Shown: positions 55,059 through 63,845, counted from the first letter of the stretch. The stretch: 63,845 nucleotides of DNA from Elusimicrobia bacterium ADurb.Bin231 (GCA_002069855.1 MWCF01000114.1:1-63845); one strand, 5' to 3'. Notes: generated from the letters alone by a model not told the origin. Translations and numbers: made by a program.

Positions 55059-55532
55059 GTGGCCGATGAATTTTTTATGAATGCAGCTCTTCTGGAAGCG
55101 CGCAAAGCAGAGCTTAAAGGTGAAGTGCCCGTAGGATGTGTAGTCGTTTCAGAGGGCAGGATAATATCAAGAGGACATAATCTGTCGATATCTCTTAAAG
55201 ATCCGACGGCGCACGCAGAAATAATAGCAATAAAAAAAGCGGCAAAAGCTCTTAAAAATTACCGCTTGACAAATTGTTCCATATATGTTACAATTGAGCC
55301 GTGTCCGATGTGTGCCGGAGCTATTGTATGGGCGCGAATAAAAAAACTTTGTTTCGGCGCTTCAGATTCCAGAACCGGCTCTTGTGGAAGTATTTTGGAT
55401 ATAGTTCAAAACAATAGTTTTAATCACAATGTAGAAGTTAAAAAAGGCGTGCTTCGCTGCGAGAGCAAAAATATTATAACAAATTTTTTTAAAATAAAGA
55501 GAACTTTGAATTCCTCTCGACAGAAAAAGTAG
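55059..55532 (+). CDS. tadA: tRNA adenosine(34) deaminase
   Basis: 'EVPVGCVVV', 'HAEIIAI', 'VTIEPCPMCAGAI' (H-A-E / PCxxC zinc site). Start is GTG 55059 or ATG 55077; the ORF track starts at 54969, inside the lapA-like gene. Confidence 0.85.
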   Translation: MADEFFMNAALLEARKAELKGEVPVGCVVVSEGRIISRGHNLSISLKDPTAHAEIIAIKKAAKALKNYRLTNCSIYVTIEPCPMCAGAIVWARIKKLCFGASDSRTGSCGSILDIVQNNSFNHNVEVKKGVLRCESKNIITNFFKIKRTLNSSRQKK

Positions 55533-55696
55533 ATATTTAGGATACATTATATCCGTGTTCAATGGCTTTCAGCATTGGATGGGTTTTTCTCACGGTAAAA
55601 GGGGAGGTGAACTTTAGGAGAATAACTTAAGTATTTATTGTTTTTGGATTTATTGAGGGTTTGTAGGAAGTAAATTTTTTATAGGAGGAAGAATAG

Positions 55697-56239
55697 ATGA
55701 AGCGTTTTGTACTTGTATGTTTTAGTGTAGCATTGTTGTCAGTTTGTTTTGCGGTAACTGGATCCGCAGAAGGTAAAATGGGCATCGGTTATAATGGCGA
55801 TGTCGGCGGAATATCTCTCAAAAAATGGGTTTCCGATGACTGGGGATGGCAGGGAATTTTGGGATTGAATTTTGGGACAGCAGCTTCCAATGCAGTGGCC
55901 CCCAATGACGAAACTGATGTGGATTATGATCTTGCTTTTAGACTTTTCAAATCCAAAGATGTTGCTGAAAAGGTAAAACTTAATTGTTTTGCAGGTATTC
56001 ATCTTGAGCACAACGGCAGCAATACTAAGAATTTCAGACAGACAAATTTCCATATTGAAGCAGGTTTGAGTCCTGAAATATTCCTGTTCGAAAATCTTTC
56101 AGTTGAAACCAGCATGGGTGTGCGTTTGTCTATGAATGGCGAAACAGTAAAAGATCTTGACGACGGTTTTACTGAATTTGGCACATTCGGCGCAGGCGTA
56201 AGCATAGTTGACGGTTTATGTTTCAATTATTATTTCTAA
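55697..56239 (+). CDS. small outer-membrane beta-barrel protein
   Basis: Signal peptide, alternating-hydrophobicity strands and a C-terminal '...GLCFNYYF' aromatic terminus. Good SD (AGGAGGAAG). Confidence 0.6.
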   Translation: MKRFVLVCFSVALLSVCFAVTGSAEGKMGIGYNGDVGGISLKKWVSDDWGWQGILGLNFGTAASNAVAPNDETDVDYDLAFRLFKSKDVAEKVKLNCFAGIHLEHNGSNTKNFRQTNFHIEAGLSPEIFLFENLSVETSMGVRLSMNGETVKDLDDGFTEFGTFGAGVSIVDGLCFNYYF

Positions 56240-56283
56240 ACCTTTTTTTAACGGTTGAAATAATAAGACAGTTTATAAGAAAT

Positions 56284-56318
56284 GGACGATACTTTCATGT
56301 GTCGTCCTTTCTTTTTTT
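56284..56318 (+). terminator. rho-independent terminator after the OMP gene
   Basis: Stem GGACGAT (56284-56290) / GTCGTCC (56301-56307), 10-nt loop, then TTTCTTTTTTT. Confidence 0.6.
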
Positions 56319-56479
56319 ATGCTTGAAAATTATATATGATTTTGTTAAAATAACAGCAGATGATTCAATAAACACAATTTCTATCTGGATTTTCTTGAGG
56401 AATGGAGTTTTTTTATGCTTGGAATATTCTTGAAAATTCTGTGGCAATTAATATATTCGGGTTATAAGGCAGGTTAAAG

Positions 56480-57139
56480 TTGGTTTTTAGAATTTATAAA
56501 ATACTTCTCAAATCTTTTGGTCCTCAGGGGTGGTGGCCAATACGCGGTATTTACGATATAAAGAAAAAAAACTTTTCCAAATCGGAAAAATTTGAAATAG
56601 CCATAGGTGCGCTTCTTACGCAAAATACTTCTTGGAAAAATGCGGCATCCGCGCTTGAGAATTTACATTCTGAAAAGATTCTTTCATGCGATAAGATATT
56701 GCTCTGCGACCTCAACAGGATTAAACATTTGATAATATCTTCCGGATATTACAATCAAAAATCAGTTCGTCTGAAAACTTTTGCAGGATTCATAAAAAGC
56801 CATAAATCCGATTATAATGCGTTTTCCAGAGAAGATCTTTTAAGAGTAAACGGCATAGGCAAGGAAACTGCTGATTCCATTCTTTTGTATGCCTGCCAAA
56901 AACCTTTTTTTGTAGTAGATGCGTACACCAAAAGATTTATTCATAGAATAGGTATTTCTTGCGCTTCCGATTATGACGAGATACAGAATTTTTTTATGAA
57001 AAATCTGCCAAAAGACATAGAAGTTTATAAAGAATACCATGCTCTTATTGTAGAACTTTCCAAAAGACACTGCAGAAAAACACCTATATGTAAAGATTGC
57101 CCATTAGGGGATTTATGCGCTTCATTTAAAAAAGGGTAA
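56480..57139 (+). CDS. endonuclease III-related HhH-GPD base-excision repair protein with a 4Fe-4S cluster
   Basis: 'FGPQGWWP', 'LLTQNTSWKNA', 'LLRVNGIGKETADSILLY', 'VVDAYTKR' and 'CRKTPICKDCPLGDLC'. Confidence 0.8.
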   Translation: MVFRIYKILLKSFGPQGWWPIRGIYDIKKKNFSKSEKFEIAIGALLTQNTSWKNAASALENLHSEKILSCDKILLCDLNRIKHLIISSGYYNQKSVRLKTFAGFIKSHKSDYNAFSREDLLRVNGIGKETADSILLYACQKPFFVVDAYTKRFIHRIGISCASDYDEIQNFFMKNLPKDIEVYKEYHALIVELSKRHCRKTPICKDCPLGDLCASFKKG

Positions 57140-57189
57140 AGGAAGACGGAAAATATCATCCTTTGGTTAAGTATAAAGGAATTAGACAT

Positions 57190-57525
57190 ATGAAAACAAC
57201 TAAAAAATATGCCATTGCTTTGGTTACAGCAAAAAATAAAAGAGAAGGCAGAAAAATAGCAGAAGAAATATTGCGCGAAAACCTTGCCGCTTGCGTTACT
57301 ATAGTGAACGGGTGCGAGTCAGTTTATGTGTGGAAAGGTAAAACGGAAAAATCTTCGGAAGTGTTGCTTATAATAAAGACGAAAATGTATCTTTCAAAGA
57401 GGTTGATGATTAAAATAAAACAGATACATTCGTATGATGTGCCTGAAATAATTTTTGTTCCTATAATATCCGGATATGCGGATTACTTGTCATGGATTGA
57501 CGAGTCGGTAAGTTCTAAGAAATAG
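57190..57525 (+). CDS. cutA: divalent-cation tolerance protein CutA
   Basis: 'ALVTAKNKREGRKIAEEILRENLAACVTIV..CESVYVWKGK...EVLLIIKT' and 'HSYDVPEII'. Confidence 0.8.
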   Translation: MKTTKKYAIALVTAKNKREGRKIAEEILRENLAACVTIVNGCESVYVWKGKTEKSSEVLLIIKTKMYLSKRLMIKIKQIHSYDVPEIIFVPIISGYADYLSWIDESVSSKK

Positions 57526-57584
57526 TTCTAAAATAATATATAAACAATAAAGAACATTGCGTGCGCTTTTAGGAGGCTCGGATT

Positions 57585-58799
57585 ATGGCGTATAATTATA
57601 AAAATATTAGTCAAATTTTACAGGAATTGGACTTGAATAAAACACCTATGGTGGGCCCTGCGTTGTGCGATACAGCAGAAGGGGACGCGGAATATGACAT
57701 ACCTGTAAACCTCAATGATTATTACATACCGTTTTATAAAAAATATTTGGAAACATACGGATTGAAATCGAAAAAATTTTTTTGCGAGCTGCAGCCGAAT
57801 ACGGAATTTGTAAAATTTGACGGAAGTTTAAGTTCTGCCGACAAATGGACGGGTTATGATATCAAAGAGGACGGTTCTGTTGTTTGCGGGTTGCATCTGC
57901 CTTTAAACACAGCGTATCTGGGCTCTCTTTCGGAGCGAGAAATAAATTATACTCTGGAAAATAGAAAAAAGGTTATTGATTTCGGAGAAAAATCCGGTGT
58001 GAAATATTATACTGTTCATATCAGTCAAGACGGCTTTTTATTTACAGAAAAGAATTTTGTTTCTGTGAAAAATATTTTGCGTAAGACAATTGAATATTTT
58101 ATCCAAAAACGCACAAATGCTTATATACTGATAGAGAATCTTGAATATCCAAAGTATCCGTCCACTCCGCAGGAGCTTTTTTGGTGGTTCAACAAGGTTA
58201 AGGAATATGCTGGCAATAGCGGTTTGAAAATCGGGGTTGTAATCGACGTGGCGCATCTGTGGAAAACTCGCGGCGACATTATGAAAAATATGAGAGAAGG
58301 CAAGAATCTTCCGGAATGGATTATGGAGGAAAAAGACATAATTTCCCAGTCCTACAAAGATTTGCTGAATTATACTCTCAAAACAAAATTGGAAAATATT
58401 CCGGTTATAACTTTTCATTTGGGAGGAAGTTACGGTTATGAAACGCATCTTATACCAGGTATGCGGCCTGACGATGCCCCGGATTCCGCAGAAATAAAAA
58501 TAAACAGATTTTACGATGAAAATATAGAAATGAATCTCAAGAGTGTTATAAAAACAATAGCCAAATATTATTTTGATTCGTACAGAAAAGTGAAAGAATT
58601 GAATAAGGATTCCTTTCGTCCTCTTTATATAGTTACAGAATCTTTTGTGTCTTATAAGAATAATAAAAGACAATTTTTGAAGTATCCTGCGGTTTTAAAA
58701 GGCATCAAAGCCGTGCATGATTATATGCTTCAATATTTTGAAAAACTAAACGCAAAATCAACTAACAGGGTTAGATTTTACAATTTTTTAAGGAAATGA
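57585..58799 (+). CDS. hypothetical protein, probably a xylose-isomerase-like (AP_endonuc_2) TIM barrel
   Basis: The spaced motifs 'YYTVHIS', 'ILIENLE', 'VVIDVAHLW', 'ITFHLGG' and 'IVTES' fit the metal-ligand pattern of that fold. Otherwise unrecognised. Confidence 0.45.
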   Translation: MAYNYKNISQILQELDLNKTPMVGPALCDTAEGDAEYDIPVNLNDYYIPFYKKYLETYGLKSKKFFCELQPNTEFVKFDGSLSSADKWTGYDIKEDGSVVCGLHLPLNTAYLGSLSEREINYTLENRKKVIDFGEKSGVKYYTVHISQDGFLFTEKNFVSVKNILRKTIEYFIQKRTNAYILIENLEYPKYPSTPQELFWWFNKVKEYAGNSGLKIGVVIDVAHLWKTRGDIMKNMREGKNLPEWIMEEKDIISQSYKDLLNYTLKTKLENIPVITFHLGGSYGYETHLIPGMRPDDAPDSAEIKINRFYDENIEMNLKSVIKTIAKYYFDSYRKVKELNKDSFRPLYIVTESFVSYKNNKRQFLKYPAVLKGIKAVHDYMLQYFEKLNAKSTNRVRFYNFLRK

Positions 58800-58824
58800 T
58801 AAAAAATAACTGTATAATATAATT

Positions 58825-59253
58825 ATGAAATTTCTTAAACCATGGTTGCCGGTTTTTTTATGGTGTTTTCTTATCTTTTTTCTTTCTTCAATCCCCGGTC
58901 TAAAAACGTCTCTCGGATTCGGAGACTTAGTATTAAGAAAGATTGCTCATATGACAGAATATTTTGTGCTTACCCTGCTTTTATACAGAGCGTTAAAAAA
59001 ATCTTTTTATATGCCTGCCCAAAGGATTCTTTTCATAGCGATGTTGCTTTCTTTCGTTTATGCCTTGAGCGACGAATATCACCAGAGTTTTGTGCCTAAC
59101 AGGTCTGGAAATATAATAGATGTGCTGATAGATTCTACGGGTATTCTTTTCGCGTATATATTATACAGGGAATTCTCCGCAGTAAATGAGAAAGATGTTT
59201 TCCCGAGCGGAGAATACGAAATAAATAATATCAGGAACAAACAAAAGTTTTAA
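58825..59253 (+). CDS. VanZ family membrane protein
   Basis: 'RKIAHMTEYFVLTLLLYRAL' and 'DEYHQSFVPNRSGNIIDVLIDSTGILFAY'. Confidence 0.8.
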   Translation: MKFLKPWLPVFLWCFLIFFLSSIPGLKTSLGFGDLVLRKIAHMTEYFVLTLLLYRALKKSFYMPAQRILFIAMLLSFVYALSDEYHQSFVPNRSGNIIDVLIDSTGILFAYILYREFSAVNEKDVFPSGEYEINNIRNKQKF

Positions 59254-59261
59254 TAAATCCA

Positions 59262-62195
59262 ATGACTATAAAATCCGATAAACCGATTAACGAGATATTG
59301 AAGGGTCTTAATGAAGAGCAGAAATCAGCGGTAACACACAAAACCGGCCCGTTATTGATTGTCGCAGGCGCGGGTACCGGGAAAACCACCGTCATAGTAA
59401 ATAGAATAGCGTATCTTATCTCTTCAAAAGCCGCCCGTCCCGAAGAAATCCTCGCGCTTACTTTTACTGAAAAGGCGGCATCCGAAATGCAGGAACGCAT
59501 TGATATGCTTGTGCCTTACGGTTTTGCTGACGTATGGATTTCCACTTTTCACTCTTTCGGCAACAGGGTGCTTGAAGATGAAGCAATCTTTCTCGGGCTT
59601 GCCCCGAATTTCAAAGTTATGGAATTGCCTCAGCAAACTGTTTTTTTGAGAGACCATTTTTTTGATCTGCCCGTAGATATTTTGCGTCCTTTGGGAAATC
59701 CTTTGAAGCATATAGAAGAGATACTCAAATTCTTTTCGCGTCTTAAAGACGAGGATGTTTCTTCCGACGAGTACGACGAATATGTAAAAAAGCTCTCTGC
59801 AAACCGTCAAAATTCCGGAGCGAACTCGTCAGCTGAAGCCGAAGAAGAGTATATCATTCAGGAAGAACTTTCCCGGATTTACAGAAAATATGAAGAGCTG
59901 AAAATGAAATCCGGGGTGATAGATTTCAGCGACCAGGTATGGCTTGTTTTGAAGCTATTCAGGGAACATCCATCGATAATAGGAAAATACAGAAAAAGGT
60001 TCAGATACATACTTGTCGACGAGTTCCAGGACACGAATTATTCCCAGTTCCAGCTTCTTAAACTTCTTACAACCGGAGAAAACAACATAACTGTTGTCGG
60101 TGACGACGATCAATCAATATATAAATTCCGCGGCGCAGCCATATCCAATATTCTTGGTTTCAAGGAAACCTACCCGGATGCCAAAGAGGTGGTTCTCACA
60201 AAAAATTACAGATCCAACCAGAAGATATTGAATACAGCGTATGAATTAATAAAATTCAATAATCCTGACCGTCTGGAGGTCCGCAACCGGATAGACAAAA
60301 AACTTGTTTCAGCGCGCGATACCGTATCTTTGCCTGATACTGCGTCCTCCGTTATGCATCTTCATTTTGATACTGTTTCTCAGGAGTCAGATTTTGTAGC
60401 TGAAAAGATATCTTCTCTCGTGGCTGAGGGCAGAAAATATAATGATTTCGCGGTGCTGGTCAGGTCTAACAGCGATGCAGACCCTTTTATAAAATCATTG
60501 AATTACAGAGGGATACCGTGGCATTTTACCGGAGGCAGCGGACTTTACGGCCGCGCAGAGATACGCGTATTGCTTTCTTTTCTTAATGTGATTTCCAATT
60601 TGTCCGACGGTGTTTCGTTGTTTAATCTTGTTTGTTCTGAAATCTACAATATGCCGATGTCAGATCTGATAATATGCATGAATATGGCAGCGAGAAGCAA
60701 CAAAACACTTTATAACATATTTGAAACGATTCCTCCGGAAACTTTAAGCAGTGCCAGCATAGATGTTATAAAAAAAGTTCTCGATGACATAAAAAAATAT
60801 ATTGAATTATCCCGCAATCTTCCGACGGGGCAGCTGCTTTATAAATTTATAAATGAAACAGGATGGCTGAAAAATCTTTCCGACGAAACAGATCCGCGCT
60901 CCTCGGAAAAGGTTTCCAACATAGCGCTGTTTTTTGATATAATAAAAAATTATGCTAATATATCAAAGCAGGACAGAGCACAGTTTTTTATTCAGCACTT
61001 GAATCTTTTAATAGAGGCTGGCAGCGACCCGGCTACTGCTGAAGCGGATCCCGATATGGAAGCAGTTAATGTGCTTACAATACATAAAGCCAAAGGGCTG
61101 GAATTCCCTTATGTATTTATGGGGAGTCTTGTTCAAAATAAGTTTCCCAGCCGCAGCAGGAGCCAACGTCTTGAGGTGCCGGATGCATTAATAAAAGATG
61201 TTTTGCCAGCCGGAGATTTTCACAGGCAGGAAGAACGCAGATTGTTCTATGTGGGAATGACGCGCGCTAAGGATGTTCTGTATCTTACTTCAGCGAGAGA
61301 TTACGGTGGTAAAACCGAACGGAAAGTCAGTCAGTTCGTATGCGAGGCTATGAATATAGTTCAATCCAAAATATCCTCAAAAAAGCTTCATCCCGTTGAA
61401 GCCATAAAAAAGAATGAGGCAGTTCCGGAAAAAATGAATTCCTCCGCGTATCAAAAAGGCAGGCGTCTTACACTCAGTCATTTTCAAATAGATGATTATC
61501 TTACGTGCCCGTTGAAATATAAATATGTTCATATATTAAAAATACCGGTTCTCGCGCATCATTCCGTTATTTATGGCAATGCTATGCATGAAGTAATTCA
61601 ATTTTATTATAAGAAGAAAATAGAAGGTCTTGCTATCAATTCCGAAGATCTGCTGAAAAAATTTGAATCTGAGTGGGAGGCGTCGGGGTTTCTGACACGG
61701 GAACATGAAGAGCAAAGGTACGAAGCGGGCAGACAGGCAATAATAAGATTTTATAACCGCGCAGAAAATGAAAACGCGGTTCCAGCTTATATAGAAAAAA
61801 AATTCAGATTTAACTTTGAATCTGATACTATCATCGGCAGATTTGACAGAGTGGACATACTGCCGTCAGGCACAGCCATAATAGATTTTAAAACTTCTGA
61901 CATTTCAAGACAGGATGAGGCGGACAACCGCGCTAAAAAAAGCACCCAGCTTGAGGTGTATGCTCTCGCGTGGAAAACACTTACAGGCAAACTTCCAACA
62001 AGTTTGGAACTTCATTTTGTGGATTCCGGTATTATAGGCAGTGTAACGCCTACGGAAAAGATGATAGAAAAGATTCAGGATATAATTCGTATGGCTGCAT
62101 CCGGCATCAGGGAGGCCAGATTTGAGCCGAAACCGCAATATCTGTCGTGCGAATACTGTCCATTCGCGAATATATGTCCAGGGATAAAAAAATAG
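59262..62195 (+). CDS. UvrD/Rep-family helicase fused to a C-terminal Cas4/AddB-type PD-(D/E)XK nuclease with a 4-Cys cluster
   Basis: Helicase motifs 'AGAGTGKT', 'VDEFQDTN', 'VVGDDDQSIYKFRGA', 'NYRSN', 'TIHKAKGLEF' and 'FYVGMTRAKD'. Nuclease motifs 'YLTCP', 'GRFDRVD...IIDFKTS', 'QLEVYALAW' and 'CEYCPFANIC' (C...CxxCx5C). Confidence 0.85.
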   Translation: MTIKSDKPINEILKGLNEEQKSAVTHKTGPLLIVAGAGTGKTTVIVNRIAYLISSKAARPEEILALTFTEKAASEMQERIDMLVPYGFADVWISTFHSFGNRVLEDEAIFLGLAPNFKVMELPQQTVFLRDHFFDLPVDILRPLGNPLKHIEEILKFFSRLKDEDVSSDEYDEYVKKLSANRQNSGANSSAEAEEEYIIQEELSRIYRKYEELKMKSGVIDFSDQVWLVLKLFREHPSIIGKYRKRFRYILVDEFQDTNYSQFQLLKLLTTGENNITVVGDDDQSIYKFRGAAISNILGFKETYPDAKEVVLTKNYRSNQKILNTAYELIKFNNPDRLEVRNRIDKKLVSARDTVSLPDTASSVMHLHFDTVSQESDFVAEKISSLVAEGRKYNDFAVLVRSNSDADPFIKSLNYRGIPWHFTGGSGLYGRAEIRVLLSFLNVISNLSDGVSLFNLVCSEIYNMPMSDLIICMNMAARSNKTLYNIFETIPPETLSSASIDVIKKVLDDIKKYIELSRNLPTGQLLYKFINETGWLKNLSDETDPRSSEKVSNIALFFDIIKNYANISKQDRAQFFIQHLNLLIEAGSDPATAEADPDMEAVNVLTIHKAKGLEFPYVFMGSLVQNKFPSRSRSQRLEVPDALIKDVLPAGDFHRQEERRLFYVGMTRAKDVLYLTSARDYGGKTERKVSQFVCEAMNIVQSKISSKKLHPVEAIKKNEAVPEKMNSSAYQKGRRLTLSHFQIDDYLTCPLKYKYVHILKIPVLAHHSVIYGNAMHEVIQFYYKKKIEGLAINSEDLLKKFESEWEASGFLTREHEEQRYEAGRQAIIRFYNRAENENAVPAYIEKKFRFNFESDTIIGRFDRVDILPSGTAIIDFKTSDISRQDEADNRAKKSTQLEVYALAWKTLTGKLPTSLELHFVDSGIIGSVTPTEKMIEKIQDIIRMAASGIREARFEPKPQYLSCEYCPFANICPGIKK

Positions 62196-62198
62196 ATT

Positions 62199-63557
62199 AT
62201 GAAAATCAAAATCATTGAAAACTGGCAAAAGGCAGTACTGAAACAGGGAGAACTGTACCTGGTGGGAGGCGTTGTCCGCGATGGATTGATAAACCGGAAA
62301 ATAGAAGAAAAGGATATAGATTATCTTGCTTCAGGAATTTCTATGAAAGAACTGATTAAACTTCTTCGCTCTTACGGAAAAGTCAATCTTGTGGGCAGAT
62401 CTTTCGGCGTAATAAAATTTAAACCTAATAAAAAATGCATTTCAGTTGATATAGCGTTGCCGCGCAAAGAATATTCCACAGGTTTAGGCCATAGGGATTT
62501 CAAAGTAACTTACGATCACATGTTGGACATAGCATCGGATCTTGGAAGACGGGATTTTACGATAAACGCGATTGCTTATGATTTGCGTTCCCGCAGATAT
62601 GTAGATCCGTTCTGCGGCATAAAGGATATAAAAAAACGGACCATAAAAATGATGTCTGAAAAAAGTTTTTTAGATGATCCGTTGCGTATGCTGCGAGCGG
62701 TTCAATTTGCCGCTCGGTTCAATTTCAAAATTGATAAAAATACTTTTATGGCAATGAAAAAGCACAGGAAATTGATTTCCACAATAAGTTGCGAAAGGAT
62801 ACGAATAGAGATTGAAAAACTCCTTACAAAATCCGACAAACCGAGCATAGGTCTGGAAATAATGTCTGAATCCGGTATCCTTGGCATCATTCTGCCTGAG
62901 TTGGCTGCCGGTCGTGGTGTGGAGCAGAATATGTATCACAAATATGATGTAATGCGCCATAATTTTTATTCATGTGACGCCGCGCCTAAGGATAATCTTG
63001 CTGTAAGATTAGCTGCTCTTCTGCATGATATAGGCAAGGTTGAAAAAAAACGGGTTATTGTATCTGTAAAAGGTGCAAAAAAGGTTGTTTTTTATAATCA
63101 TGAAATGTCAAGTGCGCGATTAAGTGAAAATATACTGCGCCGTCTGCGTTTTCCAGATGATGTTGTTAAAAAAGTTGTCCATCTGGTATCTTTGCATATG
63201 TTTGAGTACAGTAGCGAATGGACGGATTCCGCAGTAAGACGGTTTATGCGAAGAACAGGCATTGAAAACATTCAAGAATTGCTTTTGCTAAGGAGAGCAG
63301 ACAGAATCTCGAATAAGAAACAGGGAATAGACAAAAATTTGAAGGAATTATCCTATCGGATTGAAAAAGAAATAAAAAGCCGCTCTGCATTGAATGAATC
63401 GGATTTAAAGATCAATGGAAAAGATATAATGCGGGTTCTAAAAATATCTTCTGGACCCAAAGTCGGCAGTACTCTTAAAAATGTTTTGGAGTTGGTTATA
63501 GAAAATCCGGAATTTAACAAAAGAAAATTGTTGCTTAAAAAAATAAAAGAGATATAG
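62199..63557 (+). CDS. cca: CCA-adding tRNA nucleotidyltransferase with an HD domain
   Basis: 'LVGGVVRDGL', 'GRSFGVIKF', 'RRDFTINA', 'DPLRMLRAVQFAARF' and 'LLHDIGK'. Confidence 0.85.
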   Translation: MKIKIIENWQKAVLKQGELYLVGGVVRDGLINRKIEEKDIDYLASGISMKELIKLLRSYGKVNLVGRSFGVIKFKPNKKCISVDIALPRKEYSTGLGHRDFKVTYDHMLDIASDLGRRDFTINAIAYDLRSRRYVDPFCGIKDIKKRTIKMMSEKSFLDDPLRMLRAVQFAARFNFKIDKNTFMAMKKHRKLISTISCERIRIEIEKLLTKSDKPSIGLEIMSESGILGIILPELAAGRGVEQNMYHKYDVMRHNFYSCDAAPKDNLAVRLAALLHDIGKVEKKRVIVSVKGAKKVVFYNHEMSSARLSENILRRLRFPDDVVKKVVHLVSLHMFEYSSEWTDSAVRRFMRRTGIENIQELLLLRRADRISNKKQGIDKNLKELSYRIEKEIKSRSALNESDLKINGKDIMRVLKISSGPKVGSTLKNVLELVIENPEFNKRKLLLKKIKEI

Positions 63558-63791
63558 ATAAAGATAAAGTTCAGCTTCGTTTAAGAACTATGGCGGATAA
63601 AAAAAGTGTTAGGTGCAAAGTGTAAGGTAGTTCACGGTCATTCTGTGGTGGAATTGAAGAATCCAGCGTGAAGCGGTATTCTACTGCCGTTATTCTTTGT
63701 AGTATAATAGTCCAAGGAAACCGTACCAGTTTATGGAATGAAATAAGGTAAAAAAAGAGGTATAATAGGGCCCGCAAAGGAGGCAGGAAAG

Positions 63792-63845
63792 ATGCGAAAG
63801 AAATTCGAGGCGGGTTTCAAGGCAAGAGTGGCGTTGGATGCGGTA
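63792..63845 (+). mobile_element. IS3-family transposase OrfA (HTH_Tnp_1-type), first 18 codons only; runs off the window
   Basis: 'MRKKFEAGFKARVALDAV' matches the common IS3-family OrfA N-terminus ('..RKFS.EFKA.VALEA..'). AAGGAGG SD upstream. Confidence 0.45.

Noticed and set aside
56218-56433. A 71-aa ORF after the OMP gene.
   Set aside because: It overlaps the OMP 3' end and runs straight through a good rho-independent terminator (56284-56318). Its sequence is low-complexity.
58038-58673. A 211-aa minus-strand ORF inside the 57585-58799 gene.
   Set aside because: The plus-strand frame has coherent TIM-barrel-like motifs and sits in an all-plus operon context. The minus product is low-complexity (I/F/K/R-rich).
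1-63845. CRISPR arrays, rRNA genes, tandem or long direct repeats, prophage or integrase genes.
   Set aside because: Reading all intergenic regions longer than 100 nt, I saw no regularly spaced direct repeats, no rRNA-like conserved stretches, and no integrase, recombinase or phage structural genes. Only the IS3 OrfA stub at the 3' edge stood out. A computational repeat search is still needed to exclude short or degenerate repeats.

Overview
This is a 63.8 kb, AT-rich bacterial chromosomal window. About 67 of 68 credible genes are on the + strand; only the DUF364 gene at 41952-42758 is on the - strand. The gene content points to a diderm (LPS-bearing) organism. It has a long LPS-core/lipid A cluster at 5.7-16.8 kb (DUF374, two GT9 heptosyltransferases, two GT4, one GT2, DUF4254, lpxK and an O-antigen-ligase::GmhB fusion). 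It also has a Tol-Pal block in non-canonical order (pal-cpoB-tolA-like-tolB, 34.3-37.7 kb), an OmpA-type Pal and a small beta-barrel OMP.

Housekeeping blocks are easy to recognise: phosphohexomutase, pcrA, gatCA, htpX, rpe, rpsP-KH-trmD-rplS-rnhB-yraN-comM/yifB, asd, rplM-rpsI, tRNA-Arg(ACG), tadA, cutA and cca.

The candidates worth follow-up, in order:
1. An orphan, translationally coupled operon at 48.8-54.3 kb. It encodes a PilX_N-like protein, a ~1,053-aa protein with a perfect prepilin G|FTLIE leader, and a PilW-like prepilin. No pilus or secretion machinery lies in the window.
2. A DUF2877(AllH-like)-FdrA-PRTase-like-DUF1116(AllG-like) cluster at 16.8-21.5 kb, without the usual allantoin-pathway partners. 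Its first gene lacks a canonical start codon ahead of its conserved N-terminus.
3. Several unusual fusions or splits: O-antigen ligase::GmhB, a Phd/YefM-like N-terminus on a degenerate MocA-like domain, a DUF4254 gene split by a 1-nt frame change, and a kinase-less PASTA protein next to rpe.
4. Recurrent near-consensus sigma70 promoters, four of them placed so that the mRNA would be leaderless.

The window ends in the first 18 codons of an IS3-type transposase OrfA. I saw no CRISPR array, rRNA, prophage or obvious defence island. All family calls come from motif recognition by eye; no searches were run.
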